Assembly (NCBI GenBank): GCA_035687505.1
Contig: DASRWV010000087.1
Coordinates: 7,204-71,203 of the forward strand
From: Nitrosotalea sp.
Lineage (GTDB): Bacteria; Chloroflexota; Dormibacteria; Dormibacterales; Dormibacteraceae
Reading direction: 5' to 3'
Length of the DNA: 64,000 nt
The translations under genes and the position numbers were made by a program. Of this stretch, positions 18,563 to 26,497 are shown one piece after another (positions within the stretch are counted from its first letter, which is position 1; every line of letters begins with the position of its first letter). A model generated the notes under the pieces. The model was given only the letters and a program-made list of their open reading frames with translations, was not told the origin of the DNA and did not search any database.

Positions 18563-18915
18563 TTGCGTCTCTCCTTGTTGTATTTGTCCTTAGCCCGCAT
18601 CCGGCGCCGCCGGTCGAGCTCCACCCCGAGTCTGTCCAGCCGTGATTCCCACACTCCGCGGTAGGTGGTCATCCATTCGTTCAGCTCCCAGAAAGGCTCT
18701 GGGCGCAGCGCGTAGAGCCGCCGCCGGCCCTCTGGCCGGACGACTACGAAGTTCGCGTCCTCCAGGATGGCGAGCTGCCGCGAGACACCGGGTTGTCCGA
18801 TGTCGACGATGTCGACGAGCTCGCCAACCGAATGCTCGCCCGAGCGCAGCGCTTCGACGATGCGGCGGCGAGTGGGGTCGGCCAGGATCTGGAACGCGTC
18901 GGTCATTGGCGACAT
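18559..18915 (-). CDS. ArsR/SmtB family transcriptional regulator
   Basis: FQILADPTRRRIVEALRSGEHSVGELVDIVDIGQPGVSRQLAIL winged HTH. 4-nt overlap with the next gene. Confidence 0.85.
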   Translation of the reverse strand: MSPMTDAFQILADPTRRRIVEALRSGEHSVGELVDIVDIGQPGVSRQLAILEDANFVVVRPEGRRRLYALRPEPFWELNEWMTTYRGVWESRLDRLGVELDRRRRMRAKDKYNKERRK

Positions 18916-18987
18916 ATTACTCCAGCAACATATGTCGTGTCAACAATGTATTTTGACGCCGCGCGGTTGAGCGACGATGTTGGCGCC

Positions 18988-21183
18988 ATGCGGTCGAAGT
19001 GGTGGCGGCGGCTGAATCCAGACCCTGTCGCCTTGCGCCGCGGCGCCCGGGCAGCGCTGGTCATTCCGCTGGCCTTGCTGATCGGGCGGTCTGGCGTCGC
19101 CGACTCGCAGGCGTTGATCTTCATCGTGTTCGGCTGCTTCGCGCTCCTGGTCATGGCCGACTTCGGTGGACCGCGCAGTGCTCGGCTGGTCGCGTACCTC
19201 GCGTCCGTGCTCGTCGGTGCAGTTTTGGTCGCTCTCGGGACGCTTGCCTCAGCCACGGCGCCAACAGCTGCGGCCGCGATGTTCGTCATCGGCTTCGGCC
19301 TTGCCTTCGCCGGCTTCGTCGGCGGCTATGTGACGGTCGCGCAAACAGGGTTGCTTCTCGCTTTCGTCATCTCTGTCTCGCTGCCGGCGCCTGCCTCTGC
19401 GATAGCCGGCCGGGTCGGAGGATGGATGCTCGCGGGCTTCATCTCGACGATTGCGGCGGCGCTTCTCTGGCCGCGGCCGGAGCGCGATGCCCTTCCAGAC
19501 CGCGCGGCGTCCGCGATCCTCGCCGTCGCAGACTTGCTCGAACGCCCCGCACAAATTCGAATCGGTGACGTGCGCGAGGCGGTGGACGCCGCCCGCAGCG
19601 CGTACGCAGTGGCGGCCCGCCGGCCCGCCGGCCTGAACCGGAGCGATCGGGCCTACTTCGAGATGTTCTCCGAACTGGATCAGATCATCGACCTCGTGGA
19701 GATTCCCTTTCAGTCGCCGCAGGCAACGCTCCGGCCCTGCATAGAAGAAGGGACCCGGCTCAATGCGGGGATGCTCGGTGCCCTGCGCTCGAGTGCAGGG
19801 GTTCTGAAAGGCGGCGCAGCCCCCGACCTCCGCGCGGTCGATGAAGCGTGGAGAGTCCATCGGCTGGCACTCGATGCGTGGGTGGTGGTTCAGCTGCGCG
19901 CGGGTCGCCCTGCGGCGGAGGTCCTGGACGGGGTCGACTACGACCACACGCTCCGCGTCCTCGCTTACCTTTCGCTTGGGCTTGCCGGCAATGCCGTGAT
20001 CGCGGCCGGACGTAATCCGGAACACGCCTTTCCCCTGCCTGCCGCGATCCCGCGACGTTCCGGGGCCGCCGGCGTCGCCGTGCGGGTCATGCGGTCGGTC
20101 AGAGCTCATCTGCAACCGCAATCGCCGGTTCTGCACAACAGCCTTCGTCTCGCCGTGGGCCTGGCCATCTCAGTCTTTATCGCGCGCACGCTGGGTTTCA
20201 GCCATGCCTTCTGGGTGGTGCTTGGGACCCTCCAGGTGTTGCGGACCAGCGTGTTGGGCACAGGCCGCACCACCGTCCAGGCGCTCGTGGGTACCGCGAT
20301 CGGGGTAGCCGTCGGCGGCTTGTACGCCGCGCTCGCGGGCAGCGATCCGCAGCTGATGTGGTTTGCGCTGCCAGTCACGATTTTCATCGCGGCCTATGCG
20401 GCGACGACGGTGGGATTCGTGCTCGGCCAGGCCGCGTTCAGCGTGAACCTGATCATCGTGTTCAACCTGATCTCACCTGCCGGTTGGCAGGTGGGACTGG
20501 TTCGAATCGAGGACGTCGCGGTCGGCGCGGCCGTCAGCATCGCGGCCGGGGTGCTGCTCTGGCCGCGGGGCGCCCGGCAGGAGCTCACCCGGTCGGTGGC
20601 GAGCTTTTACCGAGCTCTCGCGGCGTACCTAGGTCCGGGATTCGACCAGGTGCTCGGTTTTGAGGTTGCCGGCGAATTCAACGTGTTGCGGCGTCAAGCG
20701 GTAAGGGCGCGTGACCGCGCGGGCGAGGGCTTGCAGCTGCTGCTCGCCGAGCGAGGCGTGAAGCACCTCGAGCACCAGGCGGCTGCAGCCCTCGTGATCG
20801 CCGGAAACCAGGGGATGCTTGCCGCGGACGCTCTGAGCGTGGTCGCGACCGACCTCGGCTATCGGGCCGAGGCCTGCGCGGACGGCGCTGCCGCAATCCG
20901 CACCGAGGTGAAGGCGCTGCAGGCGCAGCTCACAAACCTGGCTGACCGCCTCGTTGCCGACCGCGATACCAATGAAAAGACGAAGCCCGTCTCACTTTCG
21001 TCAATGCGAGCCGCCGCCCTTGGCTGCCTGGATCGCACCACCCACGAGCAGGATGCGCAGCGCTCGGCCCTTGCTCTCGTGGTGGCCGAGGAATGGGCGC
21101 AGAACCTGGCCCGGCTTGCCGGCGGAATGGAGCAGCCTGTGAGCGCTGCGGTTGCTGCCGCGCGAATCCCCTGGTGGCGGTGA
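18988..21183 (+). CDS. FUSC-family (fusaric-acid-resistance / aromatic acid exporter-like) membrane protein
   Basis: Two hydrophobic blocks separated by long helical cytoplasmic regions. Start set to ATG 18988 to avoid overlapping the divergent arsR. ATG 18946 is also possible. Confidence 0.65.
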   Translation: MRSKWWRRLNPDPVALRRGARAALVIPLALLIGRSGVADSQALIFIVFGCFALLVMADFGGPRSARLVAYLASVLVGAVLVALGTLASATAPTAAAAMFVIGFGLAFAGFVGGYVTVAQTGLLLAFVISVSLPAPASAIAGRVGGWMLAGFISTIAAALLWPRPERDALPDRAASAILAVADLLERPAQIRIGDVREAVDAARSAYAVAARRPAGLNRSDRAYFEMFSELDQIIDLVEIPFQSPQATLRPCIEEGTRLNAGMLGALRSSAGVLKGGAAPDLRAVDEAWRVHRLALDAWVVVQLRAGRPAAEVLDGVDYDHTLRVLAYLSLGLAGNAVIAAGRNPEHAFPLPAAIPRRSGAAGVAVRVMRSVRAHLQPQSPVLHNSLRLAVGLAISVFIARTLGFSHAFWVVLGTLQVLRTSVLGTGRTTVQALVGTAIGVAVGGLYAALAGSDPQLMWFALPVTIFIAAYAATTVGFVLGQAAFSVNLIIVFNLISPAGWQVGLVRIEDVAVGAAVSIAAGVLLWPRGARQELTRSVASFYRALAAYLGPGFDQVLGFEVAGEFNVLRRQAVRARDRAGEGLQLLLAERGVKHLEHQAAAALVIAGNQGMLAADALSVVATDLGYRAEACADGAAAIRTEVKALQAQLTNLADRLVADRDTNEKTKPVSLSSMRAAALGCLDRTTHEQDAQRSALALVVAEEWAQNLARLAGGMEQPVSAAVAAARIPWWR

Positions 21184-21208
21184 CAGGGAGTGGCCGTATG
21201 GTTTTGCA

Positions 21209-21706
21209 ATGCGGAAGGTCTATCGCGGTAAGGACATCGAGGTCAGCTTTGACCTGGACGTCTGCATCCACGTCGGCGAGTGCCTGCGCGGACAGCCTCA
21301 GGTGTTCGAGCTCAACCGGCGGCCGTGGACCTTGCCGGACATGGCCGGGGCCGACGATGTTGCGGACGTCGTGCTGCGATGTCCGAGCGGCGCGTTGCTT
21401 TACCGGCGGCTGGACGGCGGGCCGCAAGAAGAACCCGATGCGACGACCAAGGTCACGCCGATGCGCAATGGGCCGCTGCTCGTGACCGGCAAGATCGAAG
21501 TCCAGCGTGAGGACGGAACCGTCGAGACGCTGCCTCGCGCCACCCTCTGCCGCTGCGGCGAGTCGCGGCACAAGCCGTTTTGCGACAACCAGCACCTTGC
21601 CATCGGCTTTCGCGCGCCAGGGGTGCCTTTTCGAATCCATCTCAGCCCGGTGCGCTCTCAACTGGACAAGCCGATGACCAAGGCGGAGGATCCGCGAGGC
21701 AGGTGA
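21209..21706 (+). CDS. Iron-sulfur protein: divergent 4Fe-4S mono-cluster domain + CDGSH domain
   Basis: N-terminal part VSFDLDVCIHVGECL...RCPSGALLY. C-terminal part CRCGESRHKPFCDNQH (CDGSH-type). Confidence 0.75.
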   Translation: MRKVYRGKDIEVSFDLDVCIHVGECLRGQPQVFELNRRPWTLPDMAGADDVADVVLRCPSGALLYRRLDGGPQEEPDATTKVTPMRNGPLLVTGKIEVQREDGTVETLPRATLCRCGESRHKPFCDNQHLAIGFRAPGVPFRIHLSPVRSQLDKPMTKAEDPRGR

Positions 21707-22623
21707 GCAGCCCGGGTCGAGTCGGGAGTCGGACGGTTTGGCCGGAGTTGCCCTACAGCGCCTGGAAGGAAACGCTCGCGACGCTACACATGAATCTTCA
21801 GATCGTGGGTAAGGTCAGGCTTGCGCTGAGCCCGCTAGAACCGCAGTGGGCCAACGTTCCGCTGTATCTGAGCTCGCGCGGTATGACCACGACGCCGATG
21901 ACTTATGACGGATTGATATTCGAAATCGTTGTCGATCTCATCGACCACCAGGTGGCGATCCAGACCGTCCGGGGAGAGACCCGCCGCGTTGCGCTGGCAG
22001 CTCGCGCGGTCGCGGAGTTCTACGCCGATTTTATGTCCAACCTGAAAGCGCTCGGCATTGACGCCAAGTTCCGACCGATTCCTGATGAGGTCACCGATCC
22101 GATTCCCTTTGCGCGGGACACGGTCCACCGCGCCTACGAACCCGAGTGGGCGAATCGATTCTGGAGAGTGCTCTCGCAGGTAGACCTTGTGCTCAAAGAG
22201 CATCGTTCTCGATATCGCGGAAGGACATCGCCGGTGCACTTCTTCTGGGGCACCTTCGACCTCGCCCTCACACGATTTTCCGGCCGTCCGGCTCAGCCGC
22301 CACCGGACGCCGGGATCATCAGGCGGGTGTCCGCCGATGCAGAGCAGATTTGCGCCGGCTTCTGGCCGGGAAATGAACATTACCCACGAGCAGCGTTCTT
22401 CGCGTACACGTACCCCAAACCAGAAGGAATCGAAGAGCATGCGATCGAACCGGCACAGGCGAGCTGGAGCGCAGGTCTGGGCGAGTTTGCCCTCCCGTAT
22501 GACGACGTCCGGGTGAGCGCATCGCCTCGACACGCGATTCTTCAATTCTTTGAGAGCACTTATGCCGCGGGCGCACGCCTGCGCGGGTGGGACCCCGGTC
22601 TTCTGATCGAACGCGCGCCCTAG
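21703..22623 (+). CDS. DUF5996-family protein
   Basis: WPELPYSAWKETLATLHMNLQIVGKVRLALSP...WANVPLYLSSRG. The GTG start overlaps the upstream stop (GTGA). Confidence 0.6.
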   Translation: MSSPGRVGSRTVWPELPYSAWKETLATLHMNLQIVGKVRLALSPLEPQWANVPLYLSSRGMTTTPMTYDGLIFEIVVDLIDHQVAIQTVRGETRRVALAARAVAEFYADFMSNLKALGIDAKFRPIPDEVTDPIPFARDTVHRAYEPEWANRFWRVLSQVDLVLKEHRSRYRGRTSPVHFFWGTFDLALTRFSGRPAQPPPDAGIIRRVSADAEQICAGFWPGNEHYPRAAFFAYTYPKPEGIEEHAIEPAQASWSAGLGEFALPYDDVRVSASPRHAILQFFESTYAAGARLRGWDPGLLIERAP

Positions 22624-22634
22624 AATCCGAGCTG

Positions 22635-23036
22635 ATGCCCACCGCCACCAAGATCTCAGTCGCCGAACAGGTCAAGAAGATTCCGGCGGCGACACGGCCC
22701 ACGGTCCAGGCTGCGATCAGGACCGTCAAAGCCGCAGCACCGAAGGCGGATGAGATCGCCTATCGCAGCTCGCCACCGCGCTCGAAGGCGATGATGTGGA
22801 AGATCGTCCGGTACGCGGTCGATGGCACGAACGTGGTCGGCATCGGCACCTTCTCCAGTCATTCGGCTCTGTTCTTCTACCGGGGCCGCGAGCTCGAAGA
22901 TGGGAGCGGCCTGCTTCAGGGAAGCGGAAAAGATTCGAGGTTCATCACGTTGCGCGCGCCGGCTGACCTGGAGCAGCCGGCGGTCAAGCGTCTGGTGCGG
23001 AACGCGTTCAAGCTCGCCGGAGGCGTCGAGAGCTAG
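22635..23036 (+). CDS. DUF1801 (YdhG-like) domain protein
   Basis: 134 aa with a YdhG-like pattern (AAIRTVKAAAPKADEIAY...FITLRAP...LVRNAFKLAG). Confidence 0.55.
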   Translation: MPTATKISVAEQVKKIPAATRPTVQAAIRTVKAAAPKADEIAYRSSPPRSKAMMWKIVRYAVDGTNVVGIGTFSSHSALFFYRGRELEDGSGLLQGSGKDSRFITLRAPADLEQPAVKRLVRNAFKLAGGVES

Positions 23037-23044
23037 TCCCTCTC

Positions 23045-23104
23045 AGTTTCCGCGCGGAAACTAAGCATCGAGGGAGTGAACTAGGTCGTTTCCGCGCGGA
23101 AACT
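23045..23104. repeat. Two identical 16-bp perfect palindromes GTTTCCGCGCGGAAAC, 42 bp apart
   Basis: Copies at 23046-23061 and 23088-23103. The first extends to the 18-bp palindrome AGTTTCCGCGCGGAAACT. Located between convergent genes. Confidence 0.7.
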
Positions 23105-23120
23105 GCCGATTACTTTTGCC

Positions 23121-23564
23121 TCAGCTCGCGGTGACGGTCTCGTCCCAAATCTGCACCTCGGCGCCATCGGAGTGGTTGTTCACGTAGTCGAAGGGCCGCA
23201 CGAGCGACCGCAACGCAAGCTCGTAATGAAAAGTGCCCGCGTCCTTCGCAGTCCCGACGATCACGTACGACGCGCTCTCGCCCGCGCCGAGGTCTCCGCA
23301 ATCGAATGCCGACGCATCGGCTGCGATCGTGCAGCCGCCAAGGTCGGAGAGAGTGTGGTGCTCATACCACTTATCCGCTGTCCTGAAGACCAGGCCCAGA
23401 TGCGCGATCAGGGGTCCGGTGTTGGTCAGCTTGACTACCAGCTGAGCACGCTCTCCGACCATCAGGTTCTGGCTGGCTGAGGCGACAAAGGTCGCCGTAA
23501 ACGGCACCGGGTTGGAGCAGAGTGAAGTAAAGAGCGCCAGGGCAACCAGGACTCCCGCCTTCAT
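23121..23564 (-). CDS. Secreted hypothetical protein
   Basis: Signal peptide MKAGVLVALALFTSLCS...ASA-SQ. No recognisable catalytic motif. Confidence 0.55.
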   Translation of the reverse strand: MKAGVLVALALFTSLCSNPVPFTATFVASASQNLMVGERAQLVVKLTNTGPLIAHLGLVFRTADKWYEHHTLSDLGGCTIAADASAFDCGDLGAGESASYVIVGTAKDAGTFHYELALRSLVRPFDYVNNHSDGAEVQIWDETVTAS

Positions 23565-23678
23565 TCCGCCTTCCTTAACTCTTTGCTTGACGCATCGAGG
23601 GGTGACGACCTAATACGAATTGCGCCAAATCGGTTAGCGATATTCTGGGGCGTCTTGCCCCATAACAAGTCGCGTAAC

Positions 23679-24923
23679 GTGCGGCCTCTGAAGCTCGTTC
23701 AGACTCCCGTGGGGAGGGGGTTGGTACTCGCAGGCGTGCTGCTGGTCATCGCAGGCTGCACGGCGAACGGACCGGTGGTAGCTCGTTCCAGCCCTTCGAA
23801 CTCGCCTTCACCAAGCCCGACCCCGACCCCCGAGCCCAGTCCAACGCCGAGCCCTTCGCCCAGCCCTTCGCCGGCACCCCTGCCAACTCCTGTCGCGGTC
23901 CCCGCCTGGGCCGCCATGCGAGCCACCTGCCCGGGAACGCCCGCCACGCAGGAGGCCCTCCTCGTCATGCAAGGTTCCACCACGCCGGTCCTTGCCGACG
24001 TGACCGACGCCCGCAACCCGCGTGCGATCTGCACGATCACCGGTACCGCGACACCACAGCTTGTGACCCAAACGATGATTTCGTGGTCGGCTACGCAAGG
24101 CATGCCGGGCACGCCTGGTAACAGCCTCGTCGCGGTCCTGGATCTGTTCACCGGCACGTCTTCTGTGGTCGCGACGTGGTCCGGCGGCGGGTTCATGGAC
24201 GGGCTGCACGCATGGAGTCCCGACCGCAGCCTCCTCGCCTATGTCACCTCTGACTCGACCGGTGTCAACCTGCATATCCTCAGCGGTGGTGGCGACCGCG
24301 TCGTCTCCACGATGGGCGCAGTCCCCGGGCGTGGACAGAACCCAAGTGAGGACGACACCTACCTCGGCTTCTCACCCGACGGCGGGTACTTCGCTTTCGT
24401 CCAGACGTTTACCTCCACTGGCGACCACCTCCAGATCCGGAAGACCATTGACGGCAGCGTCGCCTACTCGCAGTCGGCGGGCACGATGGCCACGTGGGGG
24501 AGCACCGGCGGCCGCCTGTACTTCCGCAAGCCGGCGGAAAACGTGGTCAGCCTCTGGGACTCGAGCGGCGGAGTCTCGCAGGCGTTCGGGCAGCGCATGG
24601 CCTGGATCCGGCCGAGGGCAGACGCGGGCGACGACAACCTCGCCTTCACGGTGCGAGATTCGACGGGAATTCCCCATGCTTGGGTGTACGGCCACGGGGG
24701 TCGTACCGGCGGCCAGCTGCCCAACATTCGCTCGTCGCCGGCGTGGATCAACACCATTGCGGTCTTTTACGTCGAAGAGGCGCCTTGCGGGACGGCCTGC
24801 GGCCCTGGCCCGGCGACCCAACCGACCAAGAATACGTTCACATATGACGTGGTCAGGCAGGCCGAGGACCCCTCGCGAATCACCCAGGTCCTTGGCGCTT
24901 GGCCGAGGCCTGGACAGATATGA
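23679..24923 (+). CDS. Lipoprotein with Pro/Ser/Thr linker and TolB-like beta-propeller region
   Basis: GTG 23679 gives a lipobox LLVIAGC, then SPSNSPSPSPTPTPEPSPTPSPSPSPSPAPLP, then repeated LAYV...D/FSPDG-type blades. Start uncertain (the track uses TTG 23583). Confidence 0.6.
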   Translation: MRPLKLVQTPVGRGLVLAGVLLVIAGCTANGPVVARSSPSNSPSPSPTPTPEPSPTPSPSPSPSPAPLPTPVAVPAWAAMRATCPGTPATQEALLVMQGSTTPVLADVTDARNPRAICTITGTATPQLVTQTMISWSATQGMPGTPGNSLVAVLDLFTGTSSVVATWSGGGFMDGLHAWSPDRSLLAYVTSDSTGVNLHILSGGGDRVVSTMGAVPGRGQNPSEDDTYLGFSPDGGYFAFVQTFTSTGDHLQIRKTIDGSVAYSQSAGTMATWGSTGGRLYFRKPAENVVSLWDSSGGVSQAFGQRMAWIRPRADAGDDNLAFTVRDSTGIPHAWVYGHGGRTGGQLPNIRSSPAWINTIAVFYVEEAPCGTACGPGPATQPTKNTFTYDVVRQAEDPSRITQVLGAWPRPGQI

Positions 24924-25699
24924 CGCCTTCTGGATTAAGGGATGCCATCATGGATTCAACCGAAATGGAGACCACGTCGACCCCGACCGACCAGGTCGAG
25001 GCGCAGCCAGTCGAGGCCTACATGCCTCCCCCCGTTCCGAGCCGCGGCGCGTCCGAGTCCTGGACGCCGGCGCGCATTCCGGGCGGGCGGCGGCTGTGGA
25101 CGGCCGCCTTGGCTGCCGCCCTGCTTGTCAGCGCCGGCGGAATCGGGCTCCTTTATCTCGACGACAGCAACAACCAGGCCGCCATCCGTTCGTTGAACAA
25201 CGCGAATCGATCTCTGACCGGCCGGACCCAAAATCTCGAGGACCAGCTGACGGTCACGCAAGGCAAGCTGACGGCGTCGCAAGCCCAGGTCGACAGCCTG
25301 AGCGCCGAGCTGAAGCACCCGACCCTGGGTGTGTGGAACGTGCCGATGACAATCCACAACGGCAACGAATTCCTGTCCGCAACGGTCCCCGACACCTTCA
25401 CGTATCACCTCCATCTCAAATCGAGCGGTCCGATGTCCGTGAGCATCCTGTCCACCAGCCAGTTCAAGGACGCGATCCTCTGCGTCTCGAGAGGGGTCGG
25501 CAACACCAACTGGTGCATGCATCACAATGGCGCCGCGTACGGAGCGCTCGGTGTAACCAGCGTCGACTACGACTTCAGTCTTGGCACAGGGTGCGCCGCG
25601 TATCTAACGATCATCACGGCGGCGAGCCAGGTCACGATCACGCCAGACGTGAGCGTCACGTACAACCCTGCCTCAGGACCGACCGGCTCCTGCGCCTGA
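24920..25699 (+). CDS. Membrane-anchored hypothetical protein (TM + coiled coil + Cys-containing C-terminal domain)
   Basis: ATG 24920 overlaps the upstream stop (ATGA). TM segment LWTAALAAALLVSAGGIGLLY followed by a heptad-like region. Confidence 0.5.
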   Translation: MTPSGLRDAIMDSTEMETTSTPTDQVEAQPVEAYMPPPVPSRGASESWTPARIPGGRRLWTAALAAALLVSAGGIGLLYLDDSNNQAAIRSLNNANRSLTGRTQNLEDQLTVTQGKLTASQAQVDSLSAELKHPTLGVWNVPMTIHNGNEFLSATVPDTFTYHLHLKSSGPMSVSILSTSQFKDAILCVSRGVGNTNWCMHHNGAAYGALGVTSVDYDFSLGTGCAAYLTIITAASQVTITPDVSVTYNPASGPTGSCA

Positions 25700-25740
25700 C
25701 GGGCTAGAAATCTGCTTCTGCTAAGAACTACGTTCTGATC

Positions 25741-25759
25741 ACAAATTAGGCTAACCTAT
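25741..25759. promoter_or_regulatory. DtxR/IdeR-type operator candidate upstream of the regulator-mntH operon
   Basis: ACAAATTAGGCTAACCTAT matches the iron-box consensus TTAGGTTAGGCTAACCTAA at 14/19 positions, with 13 contiguous matches (TTAGGCTAACCTA). It lies about 50 bp upstream of the start at 25808. Confidence 0.55.
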
Positions 25760-25807
25760 CTTTAGTGATAGGCAGGCCTGTGCACAACATTAGGGGCGCC
25801 TAGATAG

Positions 25808-26497
25808 TTGGTCGACCAGGTCGAGCGCCACAGCAGCCTCACGCGAGCCCAGGAGGATTACCTCAAAGCCCTTTATCAGCTGCACGGTGACCACCAACCC
25901 GTGCCGACCCGTGATCTCGCTCAGCGACTCGGCATCTCGTCGCCAAGCGTCAGCGAGATGGTCAGCCGGCTGAGCGCCCAGGGCCTCGTCGAGCACGACC
26001 GCTACCGCGGCCAGCAGCTGACCCGCGAGGGCCGCAAGGTCGCCCTCGAATTGGTCCGGCATCATCGCCTGCTCGAGATGTTCCTCGTCCAGGTGCTCGG
26101 CTACAGCCTTGACGAGGTCCACGACGAGGCCGAGCGCCTCGAGCACGTCATCTCGGAACGGATGGAGAAACGCATCTTCGAGCTGCTCGGCCGGCCGGAG
26201 CTCGATCCTCACGGTCACGCCATACCGACGCTCGGGGGCAAGGTCCGATCTCTCAGCGAGCGCCCGCTGAGCGAATGTCGCGTCGGCGAGAAGGTGGTGG
26301 TTCAAGGCGTCTCTGACGACGACCAAGCGAGGCTGCGAGAGCTCAAGCGGCGAGGCCTTCTGCCGGGGACGCGCGTCGAGATCGTGGTGGCCAGCACGTA
26401 CGAGGCTCCCATCCAGGTTCGAATCAAAGGAAAGCGTGTGTCGATCCCGCTCGGCCTGGCTCGCGCCATGTTTGTCGAAGCAACGCACACCTCGTGA
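25808..26497 (+). CDS. DtxR/IdeR/MntR-family metal-dependent transcriptional regulator
   Basis: EDYLKALYQL...RDLAQRLGISSPSVSEMVSRLSAQGLVEHDRYRG...RHHRLLEMFL plus a C-terminal SH3-like (FeoA-type) domain. TTG start. Confidence 0.85.
   Translation: MVDQVERHSSLTRAQEDYLKALYQLHGDHQPVPTRDLAQRLGISSPSVSEMVSRLSAQGLVEHDRYRGQQLTREGRKVALELVRHHRLLEMFLVQVLGYSLDEVHDEAERLEHVISERMEKRIFELLGRPELDPHGHAIPTLGGKVRSLSERPLSECRVGEKVVVQGVSDDDQARLRELKRRGLLPGTRVEIVVASTYEAPIQVRIKGKRVSIPLGLARAMFVEATHTS

Noticed and set aside
23045-23104. parS (TGTTNCACGTGAAACA) or Noc-binding-site (ATTTCCCGGGAAAT) identity for GTTTCCGCGCGGAAAC.
   Set aside because: The outer GTTTC/GAAAC arms match, but the centre is 2 nt longer than in parS and the inner bases differ. 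No parAB or noc genes are nearby. It is kept only as an unexplained palindrome.
24241-25707. 488-aa plus-strand ORF spanning two hypothetical genes.
   Set aside because: It is an alternate frame of the lipoprotein and membrane-protein genes. The translation is extremely Arg/Ser/Pro-rich and has no domain signature.
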